From IMG/VR virus record IMGVR_UViG_3300037493_005562: a stretch of 64,000 nt of DNA; one strand, written 5' to 3'. Made by a program: the position numbers and the translations under genes. The notes under the pieces are model-generated. The model saw only the letters and a program-made list of their open reading frames with translations. It ran no database searches and was not told the origin of the DNA. Below, piece by piece: positions 34,423 to 44,241 of the stretch (its first letter is position 1; each line of letters opens with the position of its first letter). This stretch comes from an uncultured virus (IMG/VR IMGVR_UViG_3300037493_005562). Taxonomy: Duplodnaviria > Heunggongvirae > Uroviricota > Caudoviricetes.

Positions 34423-34907
34423 GTCGCCCCCTGGTAGAGAGAGGGTGCGACGCAGACGTAGTCGCCGTCCTCACCGAGTTTCATGTGTTCGCGTAGTACG
34501 GGGACCGCTCTTCCAGCCCAGGCGTAGTCGTTGAGCTGCGGGAGTCGGACAGTGCTGAAGAACATCCACGAATAGCGTCCTTCGAGGTCCATCTTGACGG
34601 TCGCCAGGACGTCAGCAAGGGTGACGAGAGACAACGAGGCGTCGTCGATTACGGGGCCGTTGTTGACGCCCGCAGCGACGGCGAATTTCCGGTAGGCTTC
34701 CCACGAGTCTCGGGGACGAAGGCACCAGGAATACACGGAAATAGGAGCGTTGTAGCCATCTTCGCTGTAGAACAGCATGCGGATGCGCGCACCGTCGTAT
34801 TTTGTCGAGGGCAGTACGTCTGCGACCGTCCACTTCCCGTGGACGAAACCGTCGGGCCAGTACGGATAGCGCCCGCTAAGGTCCCGCTCCAGGACGACGG
34901 TGTTCAC
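34419..34907 (-). CDS. Hypothetical protein
   Basis: Start/stop overlaps. Confidence 0.55.
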   Translation of the reverse strand: MNTVVLERDLSGRYPYWPDGFVHGKWTVADVLPSTKYDGARIRMLFYSEDGYNAPISVYSWCLRPRDSWEAYRKFAVAAGVNNGPVIDDASLSLVTLADVLATVKMDLEGRYSWMFFSTVRLPQLNDYAWAGRAVPVLREHMKLGEDGDYVCVAPSLYQGAT

Positions 34908-35500
34908 GATTCGCTCCCCGCCTTCTTCCCCGCCACCACGTCTTCGCGCTGCTTCTGTAAGTACGCGATCTCATCATCGATGGACTTCAACTTCTCCTGG
35001 CGCTTCTGTGCGATGAACGCTTCGAGATCGAATTCCACAGACAGGCGGTGGGCGATCTCGTCGATGGGTTCGGTTCCACGGGGAGTAAGGAGCACCCCCC
35101 TCTCCGCGAACTCGATTTCAACCGTCACGGCTACGCCGTTCCGGTCGATTACGACCACGTCGCGAAGCCGGGTAACGCTCCCGTCCTTGCCCCACCTACG
35201 CCGAGGCAGCTCACCGAGCAGGTCCCCGAGCAGGCGCCCGAGTTCACGATCGACGGGCTCGAAGGAGTAGCTGTCGTACCCCGTGTGAAGTTCCCACTTC
35301 CAGGTCTGGAGCGCCTTCGCGACGAGGGGGCCGAGACGTGCCGCCTGCTCGCGATGCACCTGTGCGATCTCATCGTGGGCGCGAGACACCCGCGCGGAAA
35401 GTCCCTCCCACTCTCGGTATTCGGCACAAGTCAGCAGCGCGTCGCACTCGCGCTCGACTCCGAGGACGGGAGCGTTGCATTGTGGGCAAAGGTTGCTCAT
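34904..35500 (-). CDS. Hypothetical protein
   Basis: GAGG RBS; follows promoter/operator at 35518-35545. Confidence 0.6.
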   Translation of the reverse strand: MSNLCPQCNAPVLGVERECDALLTCAEYREWEGLSARVSRAHDEIAQVHREQAARLGPLVAKALQTWKWELHTGYDSYSFEPVDRELGRLLGDLLGELPRRRWGKDGSVTRLRDVVVIDRNGVAVTVEIEFAERGVLLTPRGTEPIDEIAHRLSVEFDLEAFIAQKRQEKLKSIDDEIAYLQKQREDVVAGKKAGSES

Positions 35501-35557
35501 GTTCTTTCCTCGGACTCTATGTAACCTATATTTCTACAGCCGCAAACACGTACAGGA

Positions 35558-36010
35558 TCAGGGTTTCTTCTCGCCTGCCTTGGACTCGGCGTAACGAACG
35601 GCGTCCGCCCAACCCTCTTTCGAAGCCGGAAACCGTGCGGCGGGGGAGGGCGCTTCGTTCGGCTTTGGTTGGGTTTTCGGATCCCGAAAGTGGGGGTCGA
35701 TACGCCGCCACCGAAGCGCGTCCATTTCGGACACGTTTAGGAACACCATCACCTTCGAGCCCTCGAACGCGCACTTCGTGCAGCTCGGGTACTTGACCTT
35801 CAGGACGAGGTGGTGCCCAACCCTCGTCACGTCCTCGATGGCGTACTTGTCGGGATCTGGTGTCGAGGCTTCCAACTCTTCTCTCCTTCTGCGGACTAGA
35901 TCCGCCTTCAGGCTTTCGGACGCGCGCTGCTCGTCGAAGTAGGCGGCGCTACGCGTGTAGTCGGGGTGGGAGCTACAGTTCGGATCCCCTGCTTGATGAC
36001 GGCAGGTCAC
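35558..36010 (-). CDS. Hypothetical phage protein
   Basis: VKYPSCT..FEGSKVMVF..IDPHF..SPAARFP. Confidence 0.65.
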   Translation of the reverse strand: MTCRHQAGDPNCSSHPDYTRSAAYFDEQRASESLKADLVRRRREELEASTPDPDKYAIEDVTRVGHHLVLKVKYPSCTKCAFEGSKVMVFLNVSEMDALRWRRIDPHFRDPKTQPKPNEAPSPAARFPASKEGWADAVRYAESKAGEKKP

Positions 36011-36672
36011 GGCTTCTTCCCTTCGGTGGAAAGGAATTCCTGAAGGGCCTGATTAAGGATCTCTCCCCGAATCGTGACCGAGGACTCGCCCACCCGCTCC
36101 AGAGCGTCCATGAGCGTTCCGTTCCGCGTCTCCGGATAGACCTTGTTGCAGGCGCGGTTCCATCGCAGTCCGATCTCGCCGGGTTCCTTCTCGGGCCACG
36201 CCAGAGCGAAGTCTCGTTCGGCCAGCGCGTCGAGTACGGCGATCTCGACACCTTCCCAGGAACCGCCGTACATCAGGGGGCGCTTTTGGATCCCCTCCAA
36301 CTGCGCGTTGGCGCGAGCAAGCAGCACACTTGGCGGGATGAGGTCAGCACCAACGTAGGCTCGCACCGCGTCGATCGCTTCAACCTCGTCCCCCGGCGAG
36401 CAGTCGGACGAGTCCACCCACTCGACGTCGCGCATCGCTTTCGAGACGAGGCGAAGCAGCCCCGTGAACCACGTGCGCTCGGCGGCAACGCGCGCGACGA
36501 TAGGCGCGCTCTCCTCGACGGTGAGGAGCCTGTGCTCGGCCGAGCTGTACACACGTGCGCCCAAGTCGGGATCTGTTGCGGCGTCGCGAGCATCACGAGC
36601 GTCGCGCCTCTCCATGTCGTCGGCCATCTGCTCCACGCGGGAGTACAGGTAGTCGTAGCTTCCACCGCTCAT
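36007..36672 (-). CDS. Hypothetical phage protein
   Basis: MSGGSYDYLY..VEWVDSSD. Confidence 0.65.
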   Translation of the reverse strand: MSGGSYDYLYSRVEQMADDMERRDARDARDAATDPDLGARVYSSAEHRLLTVEESAPIVARVAAERTWFTGLLRLVSKAMRDVEWVDSSDCSPGDEVEAIDAVRAYVGADLIPPSVLLARANAQLEGIQKRPLMYGGSWEGVEIAVLDALAERDFALAWPEKEPGEIGLRWNRACNKVYPETRNGTLMDALERVGESSVTIRGEILNQALQEFLSTEGKKP

Positions 36673-37403
36673 GGTGACTCCTTCGCAAGCCAGCCGAGTT
36701 TGCGAGCCGCAGCTTCGGCGGCGCGCATGTTGCCAAGGAAGCCCTCCTCGTTACCCCACTCGTTGACGTCGAGGAGATCGCTGACCCCCGTGTAGCGCCA
36801 CACCCGCCAGTCCGAGTGGTCGGCAAAGAGGACGATCTTCTCGTCGAGGCGCCGAATCCACCCCTCACCGATCTGCTCGTCGCCCCACGCCCAGTGCTCG
36901 TTCAGCGCCCCCTCCGGCCGCCCCTGGTACGCAGCCAGCTCCGCCGCGAGTTTATCTCGCGCATCGTGAAGGGAGTCCGACAACAGGATTGTGGCTTTGA
37001 GCTGGGTTCGTACTTCGGCGATCTCAGCGATGTGCTTCTCGTGGAGCGTCACGCGCTCGGAGAGCCGTTGGCGCAGCTTTTCGTTAGTGTCTTCCAGTTC
37101 CCCGATCTCCGTGAAGTTTCGCTCCACGAGATTGCAGGTGGCGTCGAGCTTCTTTCGCAACTCGTCACGTTCGTTCTCCAGCACATGCTGGGTCTCGATG
37201 CCCCGAGCGACGATCGAGAGGGCTACGTCACGTTCGGCCCGAGCGTCGTCCCGTTCAAGCATGAACCGTTCGTCGTTCTCGGTCTTCGCTCGTCGATACG
37301 CAGCGAGAAGATCGACAGCATGTGTGAAGTGATCCTTGCTGGGATCCCGCAGGTGTCGCGAGGCGACCTCGCGGAGCGCCGTCTCGTAGTCTTTGTCTTC
37401 CAT
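36669..37403 (-). CDS. Hypothetical coiled-coil protein
   Basis: MEDKDYETAL start; heptad pattern. Confidence 0.55.
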   Translation of the reverse strand: MEDKDYETALREVASRHLRDPSKDHFTHAVDLLAAYRRAKTENDERFMLERDDARAERDVALSIVARGIETQHVLENERDELRKKLDATCNLVERNFTEIGELEDTNEKLRQRLSERVTLHEKHIAEIAEVRTQLKATILLSDSLHDARDKLAAELAAYQGRPEGALNEHWAWGDEQIGEGWIRRLDEKIVLFADHSDWRVWRYTGVSDLLDVNEWGNEEGFLGNMRAAEAAARKLGWLAKESP

Positions 37404-37865
37404 CAGGATCCAATCTCCGCACGTATCTTCCCGATGAGAACTTCGATCTCGTCGCTCTTCTGCGCGAATCCGGCCACTTCTTCCGCTGCGCCTTTGAGCA
37501 TGTAGCCCCACTCGTACGCCTGTCGTGCGCCTTCCACGAGCGGGAGGCACTCCTTCAGGAGCGCGAGCAGTTCAGCTTCACGCGCTTGACACCTGTGCGG
37601 AAGATGCGGTGTGGTAGAAGGTTTCACGAGTCCTCCAACGGCGTGTGCCACCACACTTCCACGTGACGCCAGAGCCACGTGCGCGTCGGGACCGTTCGGT
37701 CGTAGACCATGTCCCGGGGCCCGTACACCACGAGGGTGAACGTCGGCCAGAAGAACAGAGCCATGAGGGTGAGGAAGAGCCCGTCCCGCCCGAAGGCGAG
37801 AGGGGCGGCAGCACACAGGAGGATCACGATTCGGCAGCCTGCGGCCATGACCCGGAACGGGGACA

Positions 37866-38243
37866 TCAGGAACGCGTAGATAGCTCGCATGTTTTCCAGT
37901 CCTCCTCTGTAACGATCGGCGGGCAGATCCCGCCGTACTTGTAGGGTCCAGTTTCGTCGCACTGTTCGCAGTTCTCGACCATGTGGTCACGTCCAGCAGG
38001 AACGAAACGATAGCGGAAGTCCAGCTTCAAGGTCTTGAGCGCCGCGACGATCTTTTCTTCCTTTGGAGGCATTCGCCAATCGAAGTCAGAAACGCCGTCC
38101 GCGAAAACGTCCCTCTCGTCTGGCGCGTCCCAATCCAAGCCGCGCAGCAGAGATGCGACCCGACGTGTTGTAGACGCGTCCAGAGTGAGTCCAGGCCCTT
38201 CGGACCCGAACTTCAAGTCGAAGGTGTAGCGCTTCGCGGACAT
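37866..38243 (-). CDS. Hypothetical protein
   Basis: AGGAGG RBS. Confidence 0.55.
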   Translation of the reverse strand: MSAKRYTFDLKFGSEGPGLTLDASTTRRVASLLRGLDWDAPDERDVFADGVSDFDWRMPPKEEKIVAALKTLKLDFRYRFVPAGRDHMVENCEQCDETGPYKYGGICPPIVTEEDWKTCELSTRS

Positions 38244-38255
38244 CCGTACACCCTC

Positions 38256-40274
38256 CTACAGAGGCTCAAAGCCCGTCACGACGACCACGCGCTCGTACCC
38301 GAGCCCGTCCTTCCCCACCTTGACGGATCGAACGTTCGCGTCGACCATCGCAAGCTGAAGGTTGTACACGTCGCGAGCGATGCCTTCGGAAGGAACAGCC
38401 CCTGGCTGCTTGCCGTTCCACCCCGTGAGGGTCATCTCCGGGATGCCGAGAGCCGCCATGCTCGTGCGCAGCGCGAGGAAGCGTTCGACGAACTGCGACG
38501 ACAGCCAGGGATCTACCGGAACGGCGGCTTTGGCGGGAGCAGGGGCAGGGGCGGCTTCGGACACGGGTTTCTCCTTGATCAACGGGACGAGGGGGGGAGC
38601 GGGCGTGGCGGCAGCGAGCACGACCGGCGCGGGAGGAGAAACCGTCAGAGGCGGCGGCGGGGGAGTTTTGCTCCAACGAGCTTTTGCGCCCAACGCACCG
38701 TTCGCGCTGTGGGTTGGAGACTTCTCCGCAGGGACAGGCTCTTCCTTCTTCGGCGGACCCCAGCGCGCCTGCGCAGCTTTCGCGGCGGCGGCCTTTCGGG
38801 CGGCGGCCCCCTCTTCCAGCGCAGCTTTGGCCTTGGCGGCATCGATGACCGCGGCCGTCTTCACGGGGTTCTTGGTTTTCATCGCATCGAGGTGCAGATC
38901 GATGTACGTCGTCACCTCGTCGGCTTTGAGCCGCACGGCGGTCGAAGTCTGCGTCTTCTTGCCCCCGTTCTTTCCGCGACCCAGGGGAGGGCGGAAGGTC
39001 CACGCGAACCGACCGCGCCCGTCGGGCAGCGTACGGCTCGTAGAGAGTGCCGCTTTGATGCCTCGGTGTTCGATGTCGTCGGCGCCACCTGCCGTCACGG
39101 GGGGCAACCAGCCCTTCTCACGGGCGAGGGCCCACGCCTTACCCGTCCAGTGGTGTTCCTTCTTGAAGCGGTCGAGCTTGCCCGATTCGGCGTCGTCGTA
39201 GATCCGAGCGTCGAATTCTGCGCAGTCCTTCAAAGGCAGGTTGCCGTAGAGGCGCTCGATGCAGCGGACGTAGCTGTCGTACACGTTGAGCGTTCCGCCG
39301 TTGGCACTGGCACTGGCACTGGGCCGGTACGCGGCGAACAGGTCGAGGAGGGTGGTCGGCGTGGTCGGCGCGGGCGCAGGGGCCGCTTTCGCCGCAGGAG
39401 CAGGAGGAGCAGGAGCCGCTTTCGCCGCGGGAGCGGGAGCGGCCTTCGGGGGCACTACCGGCGGGGCGATCTTCTCGGGAGAGGGCTCGACGCTTGCGGC
39501 TGTCGCGGGAGTCTCCGCTACCGGCTCCTCGAATCCTGCGCGCGTGAGAGCCGCGGCGGTGGTTTCCCACTTGTAGGCGGTCACGTTCACGAGCGGGAGG
39601 TTCCGCGCTTTCGCCTGGAACCGGGCGGCATCCTGCTGAGGCTTGGTTGCTACGTCGGCAGCGATGAGCACGATCTCGCAGTCGGGAGGGATGGTTCCAG
39701 GGGCCTGGGTCGTTTCCCAGAGCCACTTCACGTCCAGCCCCCGATCCCGAAGCCCTGGGGTGATCTTGGCATCGATGTGCTTGCGGATGCCCCCGACAAG
39801 GAGGACCGATTTCGGGAGCCTCGCGACGGCGGGGGAGGTACTCGTACTCATGGGGGGTGCTCCGGGGTTCGAGGGCTGTGTAACTGTTTCGGTTACGGGT
39901 GTCAAGTCGAGGGTGTATCCGAAGGCGCGCAGTGTCTCATCGGATAGGCGCTTTCCTTCCTCGACCGAGGTGCAGTATCGGCTCGACCCAAGACCTGGGG
40001 AGCCGACCTCGCGGGCTGTCCAACGGTAGCCTTTTGGATCGGATCTGGGGGGTAGCCGCTGCGGACGACGGCTCACGCGGGCGACGACATACCCTGCGTA
40101 AGAGCCGTCCTTTTGTGGGAGAGGCACGCCTACGCGCCCGTCGCCCGTCGGTACGATGCGTACCACCATCCGGTGCCAATCCTCGGTTTGACCCTTTGGA
40201 AAGGAATCGAGGGTCCAGGGGCCGATGATTTCGGTAGGAAGGAGGGTAGGTCGCGGGGGTTTGGTAGCGGTCAT
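38256..40274 (-). CDS. Multidomain protein with DUF2325-like domain and Pro/Ala linkers
   Basis: SVLLVGG..DCEIVLIAADVAT..AKARNLPLV; near-leaderless start after promoter at 40281-40308. Confidence 0.65.
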   Translation of the reverse strand: MTATKPPRPTLLPTEIIGPWTLDSFPKGQTEDWHRMVVRIVPTGDGRVGVPLPQKDGSYAGYVVARVSRRPQRLPPRSDPKGYRWTAREVGSPGLGSSRYCTSVEEGKRLSDETLRAFGYTLDLTPVTETVTQPSNPGAPPMSTSTSPAVARLPKSVLLVGGIRKHIDAKITPGLRDRGLDVKWLWETTQAPGTIPPDCEIVLIAADVATKPQQDAARFQAKARNLPLVNVTAYKWETTAAALTRAGFEEPVAETPATAASVEPSPEKIAPPVVPPKAAPAPAAKAAPAPPAPAAKAAPAPAPTTPTTLLDLFAAYRPSASASANGGTLNVYDSYVRCIERLYGNLPLKDCAEFDARIYDDAESGKLDRFKKEHHWTGKAWALAREKGWLPPVTAGGADDIEHRGIKAALSTSRTLPDGRGRFAWTFRPPLGRGKNGGKKTQTSTAVRLKADEVTTYIDLHLDAMKTKNPVKTAAVIDAAKAKAALEEGAAARKAAAAKAAQARWGPPKKEEPVPAEKSPTHSANGALGAKARWSKTPPPPPLTVSPPAPVVLAAATPAPPLVPLIKEKPVSEAAPAPAPAKAAVPVDPWLSSQFVERFLALRTSMAALGIPEMTLTGWNGKQPGAVPSEGIARDVYNLQLAMVDANVRSVKVGKDGLGYERVVVVTGFEPL

Positions 40275-40320
40275 GTTAACTACGTAACCTATACTTCTAC
40301 GGAGTCAAGTAAGAACTTTT

Positions 40321-40944
40321 TTATCTCCATGAGATCACGTCCAAGGCTGTCTGTCCCCGCCAGCCCGTTTCCCAAACGAACAGCGCGTACTCGCAGGAGT
40401 CGGTGCTTCCATCGGTCGTAAACGACGGACGCTGGGAGAGGACGTAAACGTGCTTGGCCGGGTGCGCCTGCCACAGATCCGAGCGTTCGTCGCCGCCCAA
40501 GAAGTTCAAGCGTAGAAGGAAGGCGACGTTGTCGGACAAGGAGAGGGCGTGGCGAACGTGATCCTCTGCGGAAGACACGGCTGTGCGCCGATTGCCCTTC
40601 TCGATAAATATCGTGAACGGAGGGTTTCCCACGACCCAGTTGGGGCGTTTAGGGAGGGGTTTAGGATCTAGGAAGTCGCGCACTTCACGATGGATGATTC
40701 GAGAGTCCACTATCTTCAGCGCTTGTGCCTCGGGGTCGATGTCGCTCAGCATAAGGGTGGGGTTTTCGTTCCAGCCCGCTGCGGCAGCGCGCCCAAGGAC
40801 GGCTCGGACCCACGCGCCGCCACCCGCGTGCCCTTCGTAAATAACGTCGTGTCGTCGAAGTGGGAGCAAATCGATGAGAACGCGTGCCAGCTTCTGGGGC
40901 GTATAGTATCGAGCTAACCGTTCGTACTCGGTTCCTCGATTCAT
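40321..40944 (-). CDS. Amino-DNA methyltransferase (N6-adenine type)
   Basis: YYTP; EGHAGGG SAM-binding motif; VVGNPPF; FLLRLNFL; RPSFT. Confidence 0.85.
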   Translation of the reverse strand: MNRGTEYERLARYYTPQKLARVLIDLLPLRRHDVIYEGHAGGGAWVRAVLGRAAAAGWNENPTLMLSDIDPEAQALKIVDSRIIHREVRDFLDPKPLPKRPNWVVGNPPFTIFIEKGNRRTAVSSAEDHVRHALSLSDNVAFLLRLNFLGGDERSDLWQAHPAKHVYVLSQRPSFTTDGSTDSCEYALFVWETGWRGQTALDVISWR

Positions 40945-41537
40945 GGAAGACATTGCTGGCCTCGGCGTTCAATTTCCAGCGCCCCGTCACACTCGGGACA
41001 GACCCACTGCACGTCCAACCAGTGCTCGTGTTCGTACCCCAAGTAGTGGTCGGCTCGAACAAGGAAGCGGCCATCTGACCCGAGACCCGGATTTCGTGTA
41101 CAGAGCTGACACGAGTCAGGTCGAACAAGCTTACCGTTCTTGATAGCTTGATTCACTGCGCGTCGAGCACGATCCTTCTGTTTACCCTCGGGAGTGGAGC
41201 GGTACTTCAACGCATGCTGTCGCGACATCGCTTTATCGATGGGGTCTACGCGTCTAAGTTCTCGGCGACGTTCTCTGGCAGCCCCGGAGCGTTTTTGCGC
41301 CCGTTGAGCTTTCGCGTATTCAGTGTTTGCGGCTCGATGCTCCTGCATTTTCGCAGCACGATCAGCGTTGAAGCACGGAAGACACTGCCTGCGTCGAGAA
41401 AGATTCTTTCCGCCGCTTCGCGGAAAGGATTCTATGCTTTTTTCGGTGTCGCAGGAGTGACAGAATTTCGCGAACGGCTCGTGTTCGAGTCTTGCGTAAG
41501 CGTCGAGATTTCTCGCCTGTCCTGGTTTTCGTGCCAA
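40941..41537 (-). CDS. HNH-like endonuclease, lower GC than neighbours
   Basis: KFCHSC..CLPC; RAVNQAIKNGKLVRPDSCQLC..DH..LDVQWVCPEC. Confidence 0.65.
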   Translation of the reverse strand: MARKPGQARNLDAYARLEHEPFAKFCHSCDTEKSIESFPRSGGKNLSRRRQCLPCFNADRAAKMQEHRAANTEYAKAQRAQKRSGAARERRRELRRVDPIDKAMSRQHALKYRSTPEGKQKDRARRAVNQAIKNGKLVRPDSCQLCTRNPGLGSDGRFLVRADHYLGYEHEHWLDVQWVCPECDGALEIERRGQQCLP

Positions 41538-41545
41538 GTTATCCT

Positions 41546-41947
41546 CTAGTCCCAGTCTGAGTTAACGGCCTGGGGTTCAGGGATTTCGTCAGGATCTCCG
41601 TTGTCCCCGTCGTCGAGTAGCATCTCCGCCACGACGAGATCCAAATCGTCAGTCTCGCTAAGGCGGCAGGCTTGGAAGTGGGTGCGCTCACAGGGGCGGA
41701 TCACCAGAACGCCAGAAAGTGGACGCACGACCTTGATGCACACCGCAAGAACGCCCGTCACGCGGCGCTCGGGCGGGACGAGGTCCATCGGCAGCTCTGG
41801 GACGTGCAGGTCCACAGCATATCCCGCAGCCACGATGGGTTGAACGATGTTCCACCACCCTTGGGAGCGACACCACGCCAGTACACCTTCGAGGTAGTTT
41901 TCATCGCTGTCGTCCAACCCGACTCCTGCTGTTTCGTTGTGGCTCAT
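41546..41947 (-). CDS. Hypothetical protein
   Basis: ATGA overlap with helicase stop. Confidence 0.5.
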   Translation of the reverse strand: MSHNETAGVGLDDSDENYLEGVLAWCRSQGWWNIVQPIVAAGYAVDLHVPELPMDLVPPERRVTGVLAVCIKVVRPLSGVLVIRPCERTHFQACRLSETDDLDLVVAEMLLDDGDNGDPDEIPEPQAVNSDWD

Positions 41948-43731
41948 CCCGTGTACCACACGGAGGCCCGGTGTTTGGCGCGGGTCAATGCCGTATAGAG
42001 CCAACGACGCGCTGTCTCAGGCTCCCGGTAGTGCATCGCCCAGCACGCAGACTCCCACAAGATGCCTATTTCGTCCCACTGCGACCCCTGGCTCACGTGG
42101 CATGTGAGAACCTGACCGTAATCCACGTGAAGCCAGCTCGTCTCACCGTATCTCAAATGGCTTTGGGCCCACTTCCGAAACTCTCCCTGGGTTCGACCGA
42201 TCATGTCTCCGTTCACGAATAGCTCGTCGGCGCGTCCTGTGACTCGGATCCCAAACCCGACCGATGTGGCGGAGCGGGGAGGCAACGCTCGAACACTTTC
42301 GATCGTCAGCACCTCTCCGTTCATCACACCGATGTTGTGGTTGTTCATACGAACGAGGAGCAGGTCGCCGACGCTCACGGGAGCGCCATCCAACCCAAGA
42401 GCCTTGCGGACGCGCCCGTTCAAGTCTTGGCGCGCGGCATTCGTGTAGACGATCATCGTCGCGTCCGTACCCCGAGAGCGGCGGTCCACGACCCACTGGA
42501 CGATCTCGGGGCGGAAGTCTATCTTCGTTCCGTACTCGGCCTGTCGAAACATGACGTGCGACGCGTCTTCTTTCCGCCACGCCTTGTGGAAGGGCACGCC
42601 ACTTCGTACCTCGTTCGCGAGTCTGAGTACGGGGTTGCCCAGAGCCTGTCGATGCACGTGAGCCAGGGCCGCCGTGGGGTTGGCTAGATCCGGTCCCCAC
42701 GTCCCTTCCACAGGGGGAAGCTGTTCGCGGTCTCCGACGTACAGGAGAACGGTGTCCGATGGCATGTGGAGTTCGAGATCCCGATGTAGCTCCGCCGAGA
42801 TCATGGACGCTTCGTCCACGATGAGTAGCGTACGCGGCTCGCAAGGGGCGTGCGGGTTGCCGAACTCTAAAGTCTCACGTCGCTCCCCGACCCGAGTTAC
42901 CTCGCGGATCGCTCCATATAGGATGCGGTGGACTGTAGACGCGCGCCCCCCCGTGATTTCGGTCAGGCGTAGAGCAGCTTTCCCGGTGGGTGCCGCGTAT
43001 TGAACCTTCCACTGTGGGGGCGTGAGGGCTTGGGCGATCTGGCGTTGAAGTTCTCGTATCCGCGTGATGTTGGCGAACGTCATCCCCGGGGGAGGCTGCC
43101 CGCCGTCGCGATCCCGAACGAGTCTCTGAAGGGCATTCCGCGCGTTGAGAATCCGCCGGGGCAGGTAGTGGGATGGGGGGAGAGCAGGAAGCATCTCTTC
43201 GATCTTACGAACGCACAGAGCCCTTTCCGCAGGAGCCGCAGCAGGGTTCACCCCCAAGCGGGCAAACTTCTCATACCGGGAACGGGCCGGAGCCATGAGG
43301 GCGTGAGACCGGGTCTCCCACTCAGCGCTACGTACATCCAATTCGGCACGCAAGAGAAGCGTCTCCCACGCTGTCCGAGTTTCCCCCTCCTCGGCGTCAA
43401 GCAAGACTTGAAGCTCCGCTCGCGCCTCGTCTACGCCTTCTTGGTTGGTGCGTCTGGCGATCTCTTCGTTGAACCGAGCCGCGATGACCCGAATCAGGGT
43501 GGTTTTTCCAGTCCCCGCAGATCCTACGAGGGTCAAGGTTCGACGTCCCCGGCGCCTAGCTGTCTCCGCGATCTGCGCGAACAGGAGATCCAGAGCATGT
43601 TCCTGGTCCGCAGAGAGGGTCTGTGGGGATGAGGAAGGGGGAGACGTAATCTCCGTCGTCGAAGAAGGCTCCGCCTCTGCTTGCCACAGCGCAGCGACAA
43701 GGTCTGTGATCTTGGACGTGATTTCGTGCAT
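41944..43731 (-). CDS. SF1B DNA helicase, Dda/RecD-like
   Basis: GSAGTGKT, APTGKAA, TVHRILY, LIVDEASMI, VGDREQLPPV, HRQA, TCHVSQGSQW, LYTALTRA. Confidence 0.9.
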   Translation of the reverse strand: MHEITSKITDLVAALWQAEAEPSSTTEITSPPSSSPQTLSADQEHALDLLFAQIAETARRRGRRTLTLVGSAGTGKTTLIRVIAARFNEEIARRTNQEGVDEARAELQVLLDAEEGETRTAWETLLLRAELDVRSAEWETRSHALMAPARSRYEKFARLGVNPAAAPAERALCVRKIEEMLPALPPSHYLPRRILNARNALQRLVRDRDGGQPPPGMTFANITRIRELQRQIAQALTPPQWKVQYAAPTGKAALRLTEITGGRASTVHRILYGAIREVTRVGERRETLEFGNPHAPCEPRTLLIVDEASMISAELHRDLELHMPSDTVLLYVGDREQLPPVEGTWGPDLANPTAALAHVHRQALGNPVLRLANEVRSGVPFHKAWRKEDASHVMFRQAEYGTKIDFRPEIVQWVVDRRSRGTDATMIVYTNAARQDLNGRVRKALGLDGAPVSVGDLLLVRMNNHNIGVMNGEVLTIESVRALPPRSATSVGFGIRVTGRADELFVNGDMIGRTQGEFRKWAQSHLRYGETSWLHVDYGQVLTCHVSQGSQWDEIGILWESACWAMHYREPETARRWLYTALTRAKHRASVWYTG

Positions 43732-43740
43732 CTTCTCAGA

Positions 43741-44241
43741 TCAAGTAGGCAGGGTGCGGAACGAACGAGCTACGGGATCAAGGACCAACACAGGTACCTT
43801 CCTGGTAACCAGTTCTGCTACGCAGTGGGAGGTTCCGCCCGAAGGTTTTCCATCCCAGACCGCGAGCGCGAGATGTGCCCGAGCGGCCATCCACGTGTTT
43901 CTGGCAAGAAGCAGTTGCGCAGAGTGCTTTCTGTCTCTTGGTGGCGCAGGCTGTAGGAACGTGACCTGCGCGCAGCGAGCAAGCAGCGCGTGGTACTTTT
44001 CCTGGTCCTCGTCGCGCCATACGCGCTCCTGACCCACGAAGGGTACAGCCGCGAGAACAGGGATGTCGCAGGCTAGGGCAGCTTCTACGTACCACGTGTC
44101 CACACCGAGAGCCATCCCGCTGACCGCGACTGTGTTCCGGGGGTCTAGCACTCCCAGACACTTCGCGAGCGAGTCTTTGATCCACGGTATCTGTTCAGGG
44201 GCGAGCTTCTGCGGGCGATGCCCGGTGACGACGACGTTCAC
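43741..44241 (-). CDS. SLOG-family protein (YspA/DUF1273-like)
   Basis: VTGHRP; SGMALGVD; ARNTWM; AVWDGKPSGGT. Confidence 0.85.
   Translation of the reverse strand: MNVVVTGHRPQKLAPEQIPWIKDSLAKCLGVLDPRNTVAVSGMALGVDTWYVEAALACDIPVLAAVPFVGQERVWRDEDQEKYHALLARCAQVTFLQPAPPRDRKHSAQLLLARNTWMAARAHLALAVWDGKPSGGTSHCVAELVTRKVPVLVLDPVARSFRTLPT

Noticed and set aside
37983..39947. 654-aa plus-strand ORF
   Set aside because: Antisense shadow of the GC3-biased gene at 38256-40274
43005..43470. Intein in the helicase
   Set aside because: No N-terminal Cys/Ser block and no C-terminal His-Asn followed by Cys/Ser/Thr
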